Source: Eledone cirrhosa (taxonomy: Eukaryota). From it: a DNA stretch of 64,000 nt. Each line of letters starts with the position of its first letter. Within the stretch, counting starts at the first letter, position 1. This document shows positions 12,900-27,729 of the stretch, in pieces. The position numbers and the translations under genes are program-made. The notes below the pieces were generated by a model, which had not been told where the DNA came from, searched no databases, and was given only the letters and a program-made list of their open reading frames with translations. Location: contig OZ024743.1 of assembly GCA_964016885.1 (NCBI GenBank), positions 305,164,001-305,228,000 on the forward strand, written 5' to 3'.

Positions 12900-15806
12900 A
12901 ATATGAAGGCGTCAAATCTCAGAGTTGCCACGCTTAATGTTGGCACTCTAACAGGTAGATCTAGTAAGATATGGAGATGCTAGAGAGAAGACATGTGGAT
13001 GTGAGCTGCATGCTAGAGGTGAGATGGAGAGGTGCCTCAGCAAGACTAATCACAGGCAAACATCTCAGCTATAAGCTTCTCTGGGTAGGGAATGATGATG
13101 GGTTAGGTGGGATAGGCATTTTACTTGATGAGAGATGGATCAATAAGACAATAGAGGTAGTTAGAGTCAGTAATAGAATAATCAAGATTAGATGAGTTTT
13201 AGGCAAGAGACTGCTGACAATCATCTCTACCTATGCTCCCTATACAGGCATAGATAAAGAAGAGAAAGACTGCTTTTACGAGCAACTTTTAGAAACAGCC
13301 ACCATCACAGAGGACAGAGAAATTGTTATGCTAGCAGAGGACTTCAATAGTCATGTTGGACAGCTCCAGGATGGATACACTGGGGTACATGGTGGACACA
13401 GTTATGGCTCAAGAAACGAAGAAGGAGTGAGGCTTATTGAATTTTGTGATGTAAGTGCACTAACCATTTGCAAAACTAACATCAAGAAAACTACCAACCA
13501 CCTAATAACCTATCAATCAGGCGAGCACATCAGCCAGATTGACTTCTTGCTAGTTAGGCAGCGAGACAGACAGTGGTGTCAAATAATAAGGCATACCATG
13601 GGGAAGAATGTACACCAGAGCATAGGTTAGACGCTAGTGACATCTCAATAAGCAAGAGAAAAAATGAGACATACAGTAAGGTGTGGAAAAGGCAGGTCTG
13701 GAAACTAAAAACCTTTCACTAAAATATAAATTTAGGTCCTTCAAGATGTGTATGACGAGAAAGAAGACGATTTAGAATCGTATGACATAGATGATAACTG
13801 GAATTTCTTACGTGGCAACTTACTGCAGGCTACTGAAGAAACTTGTGGCTGGAGAAGAGCTCTGACCAGACTGAGAGTGACCTGGTGGTGGAACAGCACG
13901 GTAGATAGGGCCATAAGAGACAAAAGACTGCTTGGAAAAATGGTGGGTGTAGAGACCGATACACAGCCGCTAAGACAGAAGCTAGACGTTAGGTGTACTT
14001 AGCATGCAGAGAGGCTGAGAGTAGGAGGTTTGCCAATGTCGTGTAATGGGAAGATCAGAGACGTGTGGTGTCCCGCATTGCAAGGCAGTGTGTCAGTGTA
14101 AATCAGGATGTTGTTGGAGATAAGTGTATCCAGAATGATGCTGGTGTACTTAGTGTCATAAATGATCAGAAAAAGGAGGCCTGGAAATGTCATTATGAGA
14201 GACTGATGAATGTGGAGAACGAATGGGAGAGAGAGAAACTACCCCCAGTAGACCCGACAGAGGGACCAGCTATTGAGATTGACGAATATAGGCTGCAAGA
14301 GGCAATTAACGAAATGAAAAGTGGGGATAGTTGCTGAGAAGCTGAAGGACTCAGGAGAAGTAGGTGCTAAACTGGTTGCATGCATCATCAATCAAGCTAT
14401 ATATGGCGGAGGCATACCCAAACACTGGTGCAGCAGTATTTTCATAAATTGCTACAAAGGTAAAGGGGATGCTCTGAAGAGGAGCAATTATAGAGGCATA
14501 AAACTGATGGATCACGTTATGAAAGTGGCAGAAATAATATTAGCGCAACTAATTAGAGAAAGGGTCAAACTAGATGAGATGCCTGGGAAAAGTACAACAG
14601 ATGCCATCTTCTTAGTGAAACAACTACAAGAGAGGTTCTTAGAGAAGAATAAGCTGCTATACTTAGCTTTTGTTGACCTAGAGAATGCCTTTGATAGAGT
14701 ACCCGATCTGTCATCTGCTGGTCCCTAATGAAACTAGGTGTAGAGGAATGGCTTGGGAGGACAGTGCAAGCTATGTACAGAGGTGCTGTCAGTAAAGTGA
14801 GGGTAGGAATGGAGTTTAGTGAGGAATTACAGATAGAAGTAGGAGTACATCAGTGTTCGATCCTCAGCCTGCTTTTGTTCATTATAGTCCTCCAAACAAT
14901 AACAGAGGAATTTAAGACTGGCTGCCCATGGAAACTTCTCTATGCTGACAATCTGGTTCTTATATCAGAATCAGTAGAGGAGCTAGAGAATAAATTCTGG
15001 CTCTGGAAGCAGCAGTTGAAATCAAGAGGGCTGAGAGTGAACCTAGCGAAGACAAAAGTGTTGATAAGTAGAAAAGAGGACAAAACTCTGATTCCATCAA
15101 GGAAATGGCCATGTTAGATATGTAGAAAAAGAGCTCGCATAAACTCTATAAAATGTACACCATGCAGATCTTGGGTACAAAGAGATGTAGTGGGATAGCA
15201 GGCAAACTAACAGGGTAATTTGACAGTTGGAGTCGAAGTGATATATTTTTCAAATGCAGGTAGGTTCTATAGAAGTGGTTGATAGCTTCCGGTAATTAGA
15301 TGATCAGATTAGCATGGGAGGGGGGTGTTCCAAGGCCAAAGTATCTAGAATAAGAATGGGTTGGAAGAAGTTTAGGGAGCTGCATCATCTGTTTACAAAG
15401 AAGGGTTTCATCCTGGGTACTAAAGGCAGGTTATATGATGCCTGCGTGAGATGCGTGATGCTGAATGGTAGTGAGACATGGGCAGCAACTGTGGAGGATA
15501 TGCGATGGCTGGTGTGAACAACCGAGCATAGATGAGTTGAGAGATAAACTGTGTATAAGAGGGATAATTTGTATTGTGCAGGAGAGAAGACTGCTGTGGT
15601 ATGGGCATTTGATGTGCATTGAGGATGGCCGCTGGGTAAAGAAATGCCAAGAAATCCCAGTAGATGGAAGACTCGGTAGAGGAAGATCACGAAAAACATG
15701 GATGGAGGTGATGAAAGCGGACCTCGGATCGCTGGAGCTCACGCAGGACCTGCCCCTCCCTTGCAAGCAGGGAAAAGTGGATGTAAAATGATGATGATGA
15801 TGATGA
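12900..15806 (+). mobile_element. Near full-length, decayed RTE-type LINE (APE endonuclease + RT + Cys-rich finger), ending in an (ATG)n tail
   Basis: VATLNVGTL, EVRWRG, DFNSHVG, SQIDFLL (APE); NYRGIKLMDH, AFVDLENAFDRV, GVHQ.S.LS.LLF, LLYADNL (RT); GSETWA, RLLWYGH, GRGRSRKTW. Many stops and frameshifts. Confidence 0.92.
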
Positions 15807-15914
15807 TATACATACATATCATCATCATCTTCAGCATCGTTTAACGTCAATCTTCCACTCTAGCATATATATATGTATGTAAAATTGAAAAAGTGGAGAA
15901 TAACATGGTCAACA

Positions 15915-15969
<55 letters not shown>

Positions 15970-15973
<4 letters not shown>

Positions 15974-16183
15974 AAAGAATAGAGGTGTAACACACAAGTT
16001 ATTATATATTGCTAAACGGAATAGAAAATGCTGACAAATTGTTCACAGTTGAAAAATGGTTTAATTAGGAATAAATACTCTTTTATTCCTACTTAAACCA
16101 TTTTTCAACTGTGAACAATTTGTCAGCATTTTCTATTCCGTTTACCAATATATAATAACTTGTGTGTTACACCTCTATTCTTT

Positions 16184-16187
<4 letters not shown>
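15970..16187. repeat. Near-perfect ~218-bp palindrome (arms ~105 bp, 2 mismatches, ~6-nt loop) embedded in (TA)n
   Basis: gttaaaagaatagaggtgtaacac...ggaataaa is mirrored by tttattcc...gtgttacacctctattcttttaac. Confidence 0.9.
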
Positions 16188-16223
<36 letters not shown>

Positions 16224-16279
16224 TAAACAAATAATGAATAAAACAATGAAACAGTTCCTTATATTAAACAAAAAAAGTT

Positions 16280-16429
16280 CATTATTTAACGATCGTTTCT
16301 AGGATATATATGTGTTAGAATTGGTGTGCATATTCAACAGATCTATGTACAAAATTATACAGAATTATACAAACTATCAAGATTAAATATACATACCAAC
16401 ACATATATACGCCGTCTTCAGAAATAATG
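16280..16429 (-). ncRNA. Type I hammerhead ribozyme with ~115-nt stem II, left pLTR
   Basis: Reverse complement of 28332-28481. Confidence 0.75.
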
Positions 16430-17029
16430 AAATATATTTATTGATAATAACAACAATTCAAAATTTCAGGTCCGTTTGGGAACAAAATTGACCAATGAAA
16501 ATACAAAAGGTTTTATGCAGTTCGGTGTGTGTATATACATGTAACTACCCTTACACATATTTTACAAAAATGTATGCTCAACATGTATACGCATACCAAA
16601 AGGATGGATGCAAATACAAAATTTCAAGGTTAATGTCTCTGTAAGTTTATAATGCACAGATAAGATGCGTATAGACACATAAATATGAAATAAGTGTATA
16701 CACATATTCTCATACTCACACATATCCGTACAATCACACACACGCGCGCGTATATGCATAAACATACACATAATTACGAACATACAAACACACACACACC
16801 CCCACTCACATATATATATATGTGGATATCATAAGCACATGGATATTAATTCACTCACATAAACACTGCCACACACATTTAGATCAAGATACAGAAATTA
16901 GGTGGGAGGGGGGGAGAGGTCAGTATTCAACGGTTTGGGCAGACTGCTTATTATAGATGTATCTATAAACTAAGAAAATAAAAAATAAAAATTAAAAAGA
17001 AAAAGAAAAGAAAAAAGAAATATATCAAG

Positions 17030-17063
17030 AAAATATATATATATATATATATATATACATACT

Positions 17064-17106
<43 letters not shown>

Positions 17107-17203
17107 ACACACATACATATACACACATCCACACTTAGAACATACATACACACACATATATAAACATATACATATACACACATACACACATATACACACA
17201 TAC

Positions 17204-17254
<51 letters not shown>

Positions 17255-17788
17255 TACACATATAATCACACATACTATATAGACACACATATATATACAC
17301 ACATACACGCACATATACATACACATACATACTTATATACATACAGATATACACATACATACCTATATATACACACAAATACATACAGACATACATACAT
17401 ACATACACACAAATACTTACGCATCCATATATCGGTATATACATACAAACACCACTACACTCTCACACAACTCAGACATACAAAGAAAAAGGTATATACC
17501 TATGCACATATACATATACAAATAGAGATACATATACATATATATATATACATATATATACACATATATATATATATATATATACATATATATACATACA
17601 CATATACACACATATACATACATACACATACATACATGTACACACACATACATATACATACATACACACATACACACATACATATATAGTCATACACACG
17701 CATACACCTACACGAACATACACATACACATATATAAAGATATATATACACACACACACATACACACACACACATATATATAAAATAA

Positions 17789-17835
<47 letters not shown>

Positions 17836-18433
17836 CATATACATACACACATACATAGACATATATGTACATACATAGACATACATACATACATATACAC
17901 ACATATATACATATATATACACACATAGACACATACATACATACACACACAACATACATACATACACACACATATATACTCATACATAGAATTAGATATA
18001 TATTCATACATACATACGCACTTACATATACTCATATATACAAATACATACGCATCCATATATGCGTATATACATACAAACACCACTACACCCTCACACA
18101 ACTCAGACATACAAAGAAAAAGGCATATACATATACATATATACACACATTAATAGAGATATATATACACATATATATATATATATATATATACACATAC
18201 ATTTATATATATACACACCCACACACACATACAACCATAAACACACATACAAACACACACATACACATATATATACACATACATATATATACACACACAC
18301 AAAAAAAAAAAATAAAATAAAAAAAAAAACAGACATACACATATATATTTTTTTACACATATATATACACATATATATACACATATACACACCCTCACAT
18401 ATACACACATACACAAGTTATATTATAATAATA

Positions 18434-18484
<51 letters not shown>

Positions 18485-18723
18485 CGAATATAGACATATA
18501 TACACACATAGATATACGTATATATATACATATACACACACACACACACACACTCACATATATATGTGCGCACACGTACATATATACACATACACACATA
18601 TACACGTAAACACATACATGTGCATACATGCACATACACACATATACCCACATAGATACGAAGATAGACATATAAATAGAGAGACATACATATATATACA
18701 CACACATATATACATACATACAT

Positions 18724-18786
<63 letters not shown>

Positions 18787-19030
18787 CACACATACATGCC
18801 CACGCACATATACACATATACATATATATATACATTCACACATACACATACACATATATATACACATGCATACATACACATATATATATATACATACACA
18901 CACATATATACACACAATCTTACATTCTTATTTGCATGCGCATATATGTATTTTTATATTCAGATATAAATACCCAAACATATATACACCTTCCTACATA
19001 TATATTCATACATACACGCTTACAAACACA
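17030..19030. repeat. ~2-kb compound (TA/CA/TACA)n low-complexity tract forming part of the PLE pLTR (mirrored at ~23690-25625)
   Basis: The same unique anchors occur in reverse order in the right arm. Confidence 0.9.
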
Positions 19031-19607
19031 GATGATAATAGTATGGGGGAAAGGGGTGGGTTGGAGAAGGGTATTATAGTAAATATATGTTTCAAGAAAC
19101 ATAGAATATTATCTGTATCTGGATCCAATGTATGTTTTTACATAGTTTCAGTGTTAGGAAATACGAGAAATAAGGCAAAATTTATGCATTTCAAAATAAA
19201 TAAGTATACCATTAATTATATGTTAACTAAACTAAAGATAGTTAACATATTGATTTCTAAGGTGTAAATTAGTTAGGTTTATAATATTTGAAGCAGAATT
19301 TTGAAGTTAAATAGTAGTAGAGTATTAATTATAGTATAACTAAATTAAAGTTAATAACGTTATGGTATCAATATTAGGAAATGAATTTAGTAATAGGGAA
19401 AAAACAAATAAAGTATTACATCGGTAGTAGAATATAAATTATAGGTTAACTAAATTAAAAATTATATATTAATTTCTATAGTATATGTTAATTAGGTATA
19501 TAATAAATAAAACAGATATTGTATTTTATCAATAGCAGAATATAATTATATGCAAATAGAAATCAAAATTAATACATATACATATACATACACATATATA
19601 TATATAC

Positions 19608-19651
<44 letters not shown>

Positions 19652-20145
19652 ACACACATACACATACATATACATACATACATATACATATTTTTTCAAA
19701 AATTGCAAAGAATATATTAACTAGGTATACATCCAAAACACATCCCATTCTATGATTACATGACATTCTGCAATCCGTCTGTATAAGGATACTAATTTTA
19801 AGCCAATTAAATTAAATTTTAGGTTGACTAAATTTAAAACCAAATTATAAATATATTTCTAAAATGTATATTAATTAGGTCTATAATACTAAAAATTATT
19901 ACTCTGTCATTGGATACACGATATTTTGTTATATTTTAACTGTAAAGGAATTTTAATAAAAGGTTTAAATAAATTAAAATTAATCTATAAATTAAATTAC
20001 TAAGTATATATTAGTAATATTTAAAGGTTTTTCACAATTTATGATTACACAATATTTTATATTCTCATCTGTAATAGAATTTTAATTAAATTAAATTTAT
20101 AGGTTAACTAACATTTAAATTAAATTAATTTCTAAAATAATGTTA

Positions 20146-22586
20146 TTAATTAGGTTTATAATATTTAAATGTTTTTTTTAGTTTATGATTACACGATATA
20201 ATTAATTCCTGTCGTTTATTTAATAGGATATCCTTAGATTTCATTATTTCAAATAGTTCTTGGGAACATAATCTACATTCATTTCTATTATTTTGATAAG
20301 GGGTGGCTCTTTTGAGCACACTCCAGGTCAAATCATATTCTATATTCTTATTTTTATAACTATTGATTTTTTCTGCTAGAGATGTTGTATTAGCCAGTGC
20401 GGCATTTTTAAAACTATGCTTGTGGGTATTAAACCTTGTCTTAAAATTGTTAGAGGTAGCTCCTATATATGAGCAAATAGAATCTTTAGTTTTAACATTA
20501 CATTTATAGACTATGTTGTTAACAAGACAATTCCCTTTTAATGGGCAGTTTGCTTTGTTTCTACAGTTACAACCTTTCGTTAATTCTGTATTTGAGGAGA
20601 TATTATGGTTAATTTGATGTACTGGTGGTATACTTATGGTTTTCTTACATTTATATGCATTATAGGCACTTATATTTTGTTTTATGTTATTTGTTGTAGA
20701 GTATGAGAATTTAACTGTAGACCTATTTAAGATTTGATGGTATTTGTGGTTTGGCGGGAAGTTTTTCTCTAGGATATAAAAAAATTTTTTAGCAATATTA
20801 TCCTTAATTTGTAAATTAAATGGAGCATTATACCAAGTAACCCGTCTATTACGGTTTCTATGTTGTTTATTATTTTTATTATTTTTATAGGTTGTATCGT
20901 GATGTTTACTAGGAGGATTAATGTTAATGATCTCACCACAACCATTTTTAGTTATATTTGTAGATTTAGGTGTTTTATCCTTTTTATTAGGAGTTTTATT
21001 ATTAATATTTATTAGAGTTGTATGATGAGTAGTTTTTTGAGAGTTACTATATTTTATATTAGAAGATTTGGTATTTTGGGGTATAGTGTGGGTGGCATTT
21101 AGGTGTGTACTTTTCATTTGGTGTTTGTTGGTAATATTAGGTTGTATGCTTTTAGTATTTTTAGTAGAAGGTATATATTCTAATCTATTTTTGTGGCCAC
21201 TTCTATCTAGAGCTTCGTTATAGAAGGTCGCATTTTTATCAAATACATCTTGGTTAGAAGAAAGGTTAGAAATTCTAAGTGATATATTATATGCAAGGTT
21301 TTTAAGGATAGATTTAGGGTGATTAGATTGTGAGTGTATGTAATGTAAGTTTTGGTTTGGTTTATGGTAAGGTTGGTAGATACCCGTAGCTAAATCTAAA
21401 GTTATATCTAGGAAATTTACTACTTTACTTGTTTTTTCAAAAGTAATATGAAGATTATAATAGTCTTTAAGGAAAGTTCTAATATGTTGTTTGTTTTTTT
21501 CAATTTCTGAAAGGCTAAGGTTGTTAGAAAGAAGAAGACAGTCATCACGATATAAACCACCTTTGAGGTGGGGAAAGGAGGCATTTATGTTGAAAAGGAG
21601 AAAGAGGCCCACAAGATCAGTAATTTGGGCGGAATCGCTTGAACCCATAGTAATATCAAATAGATTACTATATGTGTTTCTGGTCCAGTATTCATTCTGA
21701 AATTCAATAAGTGTTAGTCTAGCATGTGTAATAATATTAATGTCATCCAAAGTTAAGTTAGATCTATTTTTAGCAAATATCAATGCTTTGTTCAGGAGTA
21801 TAGGTGATATAGAAGAATAGTAATTATCTATATCAAATTGTAGAAATGAAGCAGAAGATTTACATCTAATATTTTTAAACCAGTTAATTACCTGGGAGGT
21901 GTTTTCCCAGAGTGGTAAAATAACGTGTTTTCTTATTTGTGGGATGACTCTATCCAAAATTTTTTTGCTAATTATTCCAATATCTGATTTGGAGGGACAT
22001 ATAAGTCTAATAGAAGGATTTGAGTTAAAGTTTGATTTATGATCCTTCAGGTTGAAGTGTGGTCTTTTCAATGCCAAAGGTTCAGTTCTATCTTCAATGT
22101 TTAGTTTTTTTACTATGTTGTGTGTTTTGTTGTTGATGTTGGTGAGTGACGCATTATTAGATTTTTTATAATTTTTTCTGAGTTCTTTATATATGAACTC
22201 ATTATAATGTTCAAATCCATATGATACAAGTTACCAGTTTTGTCCGAGTGGACATGGATTTTTTTAGACTTTTTTAGGTCCAATAGGGTAGAATCAAGGT
22301 CCTTTTGAAAGACGGATTTATACTTTTTAAATTTGAGGTGTTTAATTAAATTAAAAAGGTCTTTCTCGAAGTCTTCAAGTAAAAAGTTGTGTGGTGGATT
22401 CTTGTAAGTATTGAAATCATACATATATTTCCGATCTGCTTGTTTAGATTTTTTATCGAAGTGGTAGGCTCTCCATCTAACCCTTCTGATAAAATTATTA
22501 GTTTTTTTAATCATAAGGAGTAAGAAGTCATCCTTAGAAGGTATTGGTATGTTTTTTAAAGAGGTTCCCAAATATTGTTTTTCCAT
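20146..22586 (-). pseudogene. PLE reverse transcriptase / GIY-YIG endonuclease ORF (~813 aa if repaired), broken by one 1-bp frameshift near 22210
   Basis: N-terminal SLKNIP and SDKTGNLY; RT motifs FDIDNYYSSI, MGSSDSAQITDL, GLYRDD, NFLDITL, SNHP; CNC..CPL..C linker; IVYKC...YIGAT...FKTRFNTH; CRLC..E...LLNKR.EL..CNH. The two listed ORFs join by one base at GATTTGAA|CATTATAAT. Confidence 0.9.
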
Positions 22587-23077
22587 TGTGATATGGATGA
22601 TGGACAATTGAAAGAGCTCAACTAAATGTATATGGGTTTATAAAATCATACATATATATGTATATACACAAATATAAAATTAATACACACATACAGTACA
22701 AAGATACGAATATTTCCGTGAAAATAGGAGCAAAATTATGTAGATAAATCTACCAAGAGTTTATTAAAATTCCTTTACAGTTAAAATATAACAAAATATC
22801 GTGTATCCAATGACAGAGTAATAATTTTTAGTATTATAGACCTAATTAATATACATTTTAGAAATATATTTATAATTTGGTTTTAAATTTAGTCAACCTA
22901 AAATTTAATTTAATTGGCTTAAAATTAGTATCCTTATACAGACGGATTGCAGAATGTCATGTAATCATAGAATGGGATGTGTTTTGGATGTATACCTAGT
23001 TAATATATTCTTTGCAATTTTTGAAAAAATATGTATATGTATGTATGTATATGTATGTGTATGTGTGTGTATGTGTG

Positions 23078-23108
<31 letters not shown>

Positions 23109-23931
23109 GTATATATATATATGTGTATGTATATGTATATGTATATGTATTAATTTTGATTTCTATTTGCATATAATTATATTCTGCTATTGATAAAATA
23201 CAATATCTGTTTTATTTATTATATACCTAATTAACATATACTATAGAAATTAATATATAATTTTTAATTTAGTTAACCTATAATTTATATTCTACTACCG
23301 ATGTAATACTTTATTTGTTTTTTCCCTATTACTAAATTCATTTCCTAATATTGATACCATAACGTTATTAACTTTAATTTAGTTATACTATAATTAATAC
23401 TCTACTACTATTTAACTTCAAAATTCTGCTTCAAATATTATAAACCTAACTAATTTACACCTTAGAAATCAATATGTTAACTATCTTTAGTTTAGTTAAC
23501 ATATAATTAATGGTATACTTATTTATTTTGAAATGCATAAATTTTGCCTTATTTCTCGTATTTCCTAACACTGAAACTATGTAAAAACATACATTGGATC
23601 CAGATACAGATAATATTCTATGTTTCTTGAAACATATATTTACTATAATCCCCTTCTCCACCCCCCCTTTCCCCCATACTATTATCATCTGTGTTTGTAA
23701 GCGTGTATGTATGAATATATATGTAGGTAGGTGTATATATGTTTGGGTATTTATATCTGAATATAAAAATACATATATGCGCATGCAAATAAGAATGTAA
23801 GATTGTGTGTATATATGTGTGTGTATGTATATATATATGTGTATGTATGCATGTGTATATATATGTGTATGTGTATGTGTGAATGTATATATATATGTAT
23901 ATGTGTATATGTGCGTGGGCGTGTATGTGTG

Positions 23932-23982
<51 letters not shown>

Positions 23983-24848
23983 ATGTATGTATGTATATAT
24001 GTGTGTGTATATATATGTATGTCTCTCTATTTATAAGTCTATCTTCGTATCTATGTGGGTATATGTGTGTATGTGCATGTATGCACATGTATGTGTTTAC
24101 GTGTATATGTGTGTATGTGTATATATGTACGTGTGCGCACATATATATGTGAGTGTGTGTGTGTGTGTGTGTATATGTATATATATACGTATATCTATGT
24201 GTGTATATATGTCTATATTCGTATGTGTATATATATATATATATATTATTTATTATTATAATATAACTTATGTGTATGTGTGTATATGTGAGGGTGTGTA
24301 TATGTGTATATATATGTGTATATATATGTGTAAAAAAATATATATGTGTATGTCTGTTTTTTTTTTTATTTTATTTTTTTTTTTTGTGTGTGTGTATATA
24401 TATGTATGTGTATATATATGTGTATGTGTGTGTTTGTATGTGTGTTTATGGTTGTATGTGTGTGTGGGTGTGTATATATATAAATGTATGTGTATATATA
24501 TATATATATATATATGTGTGTATATATATCTCTATTAATGTGTGTATATATGTATATGTATATGCCTTTTTCTTTGTATGTCTGAGTTGTGTGAGGGTGT
24601 AGTGGTGTTTGTATGTATATACGCATATATGGATGCGTATGTATTTGTATATATGAGTATATGTAAGTGCGTATGTATGTATGAATATATATCTAATTCT
24701 ATGTATGAGTATATATGTGTGTGTATGTATGTTGTGTGTGTATGTATGTATGTGTCTATGTGTGTATATATATGTATATATGTGTGTATATGTATGTATG
24801 TATGTCTATGTATGTACATATATGTCTATGTATGTGTGTATGTATATG

Positions 24849-24897
<49 letters not shown>

Positions 24898-25431
24898 TTA
24901 TTTTATATATATGTGTGTGTGTGTATGTGTGTGTGTGTATATATATCTTTATATATGTGTATGTGTATGTTCGTGTAGGTGTATGCGTGTGTATGACTAT
25001 ATATGTATGTGTGTATGTGTGTATGTATGTATATGTATGTGTGTGTACATGTATGTATGTGTATGTATGTATATGTGTGTATATGTGTATGTATATATAT
25101 GTATATATATATATATATATATGTGTATATATATGTATATATATATATGTATATGTATCTCTATTTGTATATGTATATGTGTATAGGTATATACCTTTTT
25201 CTTTGTATGTCTGAGTTGTGTGAGAGTGTAGTGGTGTTTGTATGTATATACCGATATATGGATGCGTAAGTATTTGTGTGTATGTATGTATGTATGTCTG
25301 TATGTATTTGTGTGTATATATAGGTATGTATGTGTATATCTGTATGTATATAAGTATGTATGTGTAGGTATATGTGCGTGTATGTGTGTATATATATGTG
25401 TGTCTATATAGTATGTGTGATTATATGTGTA

Positions 25432-25504
<73 letters not shown>

Positions 25505-25586
25505 GTATGTGTGTATATGTATATGTTTATATATGTGTGTGTATGTATGTTCTAAGTGTGGATGTGTGTATATGTATGTGTGTGTT

Positions 25587-25620
<34 letters not shown>

Positions 25621-25621
25621 T

Positions 25622-27664
25622 ATACATTATGAAGAGAGAAGAAACATTTAGATATAATTAGTAATAAAATGTATCATACCTAAACTGTTCCTAAATTCCT
25701 CGACTACGTAGTTTCGTGGCATAAACAAAAACAATATATCAAAGATATAGAGTCCTTGCGAGGTCTGCCGACTTATCAAGAGGATACCTCATTTTACTAG
25801 TCTCAAGAACGCGTCTACACGACGTGAGAAAGAATCCCAAAAGGCGGAGGGGGAGATAGTCACGCGATATAACGGTCGAGAAACAGAGCCAAGCCTCTTA
25901 TAACCACGAAGAAAATACCACGGAGGCGGAGGGGGTATTCATATCGAGGCCGCAGAAGAGGTAGTGAAGAAGGCGAGAAGTATGAGTAATGGAAGCTTTC
26001 CAGTTGTCCCCACACTTCAAAGATTGCTCGACCAGAGGGAGTTAATATATTTAGAATCACACAGATACATGCGGACACACGTTATATCGCGTGACTATCT
26101 CCCCCTCCGCCTTTTGGGATTCTTTCTCACGTCGTGTAGACGCGTTCTTGAGACTAGTAAAATGAGGTATCCTCTTGATAAGTCGGCAGACCTCGCAAGG
26201 ACTCTATATCTTTGATATATTGTTTTTGTTTATGCCACGAAACTACGTAGTCGAGGAATTTAGGAACAGTTTAGGTATGATACATTTTATTACTAATTAT
26301 ATCTAAATGTTTCTTCTCTCTTCATAATGTATTTTTAACTCTGATACTGGTTCAGTCCGGTTCAAACTGAATTGGTCTGTCCCAGTCATTCATTGAGCAA
26401 CATCGGTGAAGTTGGCACCCTTAACTCACAGTTGGGTGCGGATGCATTCATGTATATATGTGTGTGTCCGCATGTATCTGTGTGATTCTAAATATATTAA
26501 CTCCCTCTGGTCGAGCAATCTTTGAAGTGTGGGGACAACTGGAAAGCTTCCATTACTCATACTTCTCGCCTTCTTCACTACCTCTTCTGCGGCCTCGATA
26601 TGAATACCCCCTCCGCCTCCGTGGTATTTTCTTCGTGGTTATAAGAGGCTTGGCTCTGTTTCTCGACCGTTATATCGCGTGACTATCTCCCCCTCCGCCT
26701 TTTGGGATTCTTTCTCACGTCGTGTAGACGCGTTCTTGAGACTAGTAAAATGAGGTATCCTCTTGATAAGTCGGCAGACCTCGCAAGGACTCTATATCTT
26801 TGATATATTGTTTTTGTTTATGCCACGAAACTACGTAGTCGAGGAATTTAGGAACAGTTTAGGTATGATACATTTTATTACTAATTATATCTAAATGTTT
26901 CTTCTCTCTTCATAATGTATTTTTAACTCTGATACTGGTTCAGTCCGGTTCAAACTGAATTGGTCTGTCCCAGTCATTCATTGAGCAACATCGGTGAAGT
27001 TGGCACCCTTAACTCACAGTTGGGTGCGGATGCATTCATGTATATATGTGTGTGTCCGCATGTATCTGTGTGATTCTAAATATATTAACTCCCTCTGGTC
27101 GAGCAATCTTTGAAGTGTGGGGACAACTGGAAAGCTTCCATTACTCATACTTCTCGCCTTCTTCACTACCTCTTCTGCGGCCTCGATATGAATACCCCCT
27201 CCGCCTCCGTGGTATTTTCTTCGTGGTTATAAGAGGCTTGGCTCTGTTTCTCGACCGTTATATCGCGTGACTATCTCCCCCTCCGCCTTTTGGGATTCTT
27301 TCTCACGTCGTGTAGACGCGTTCTTGAGACTAGTAAAATGAGGTATCCTCTTGATAAGTCGGCAGACCTCGCAAGGACTCTATATCTTTGATATATTGTT
27401 TTTGTTTATGCCACGAAACTACGTAGTCGAGGAATTTAGGAACAGTTTAGGTATGATACATTTTATTACTAATTATATCTAAATGTTTCTTCTCTCTTCA
27501 TAATGTATTTTTAACTCTGATACTGGTTCAGTCCGGTTCAAACTGAATTGGTCTGTCCCAGTCATTCATTGAGCAACATCGGTGAAGTTGGCACCCTTAA
27601 CTCACAGTTGGGTGCGGATGCATTCATGTATATATGTGTGTGTCCGCATGTATCTGTGTGATTC

Positions 27665-27673
<9 letters not shown>
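25622..27673. mobile_element. Non-coding retrozyme-like / non-autonomous PLE array: ~0.8 inverted unit (25622-26080) plus 588-bp unit x ~2.7 (26081-27673), nested in a (TA)n of the right pLTR
   Basis: Period 588 (for example identical ORFs at 26458 and 27046). The copies look identical. It is absent from the left arm of the host PLE. One variant HHR per unit. Confidence 0.85.
26170..26257 (+). ncRNA. Variant type I hammerhead ribozyme (U3-A8 core); copies at 26758-26845 and 27346-27433 (+) and 25697-25784 (-)
   Basis: tcctc TTGATAA gtcggca-[44 nt]-tgccac GAAA ctacgtag TC gagga: stem I tcctc/gagga, stem II gt(c)ggca/tgccac, palindromic stem III ACTACGTAGT, GUC cleavage triplet. Confidence 0.8.

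Positions 27674-27729
<56 letters not shown>

Noticed and set aside
20146-22586. Selenoprotein-type Naiad (in-frame UGA plus SECIS) or programmed frameshift
   Set aside because: There is no in-frame TGA in the reconstructed ORF. The break is a single missing base with no clear slippery heptamer, so mutation or assembly error is simpler.
16963-25661. Numerous Y/I/C/V/M- or H/T-rich ORFs
   Set aside because: They are translations of (TA)n/(CA)n microsatellite.
25860-27270. Repeated 72-83-aa ORFs in the 588-bp unit
   Set aside because: No recognisable domain; they recur only because the unit is repeated. A small peptide cannot be fully excluded.
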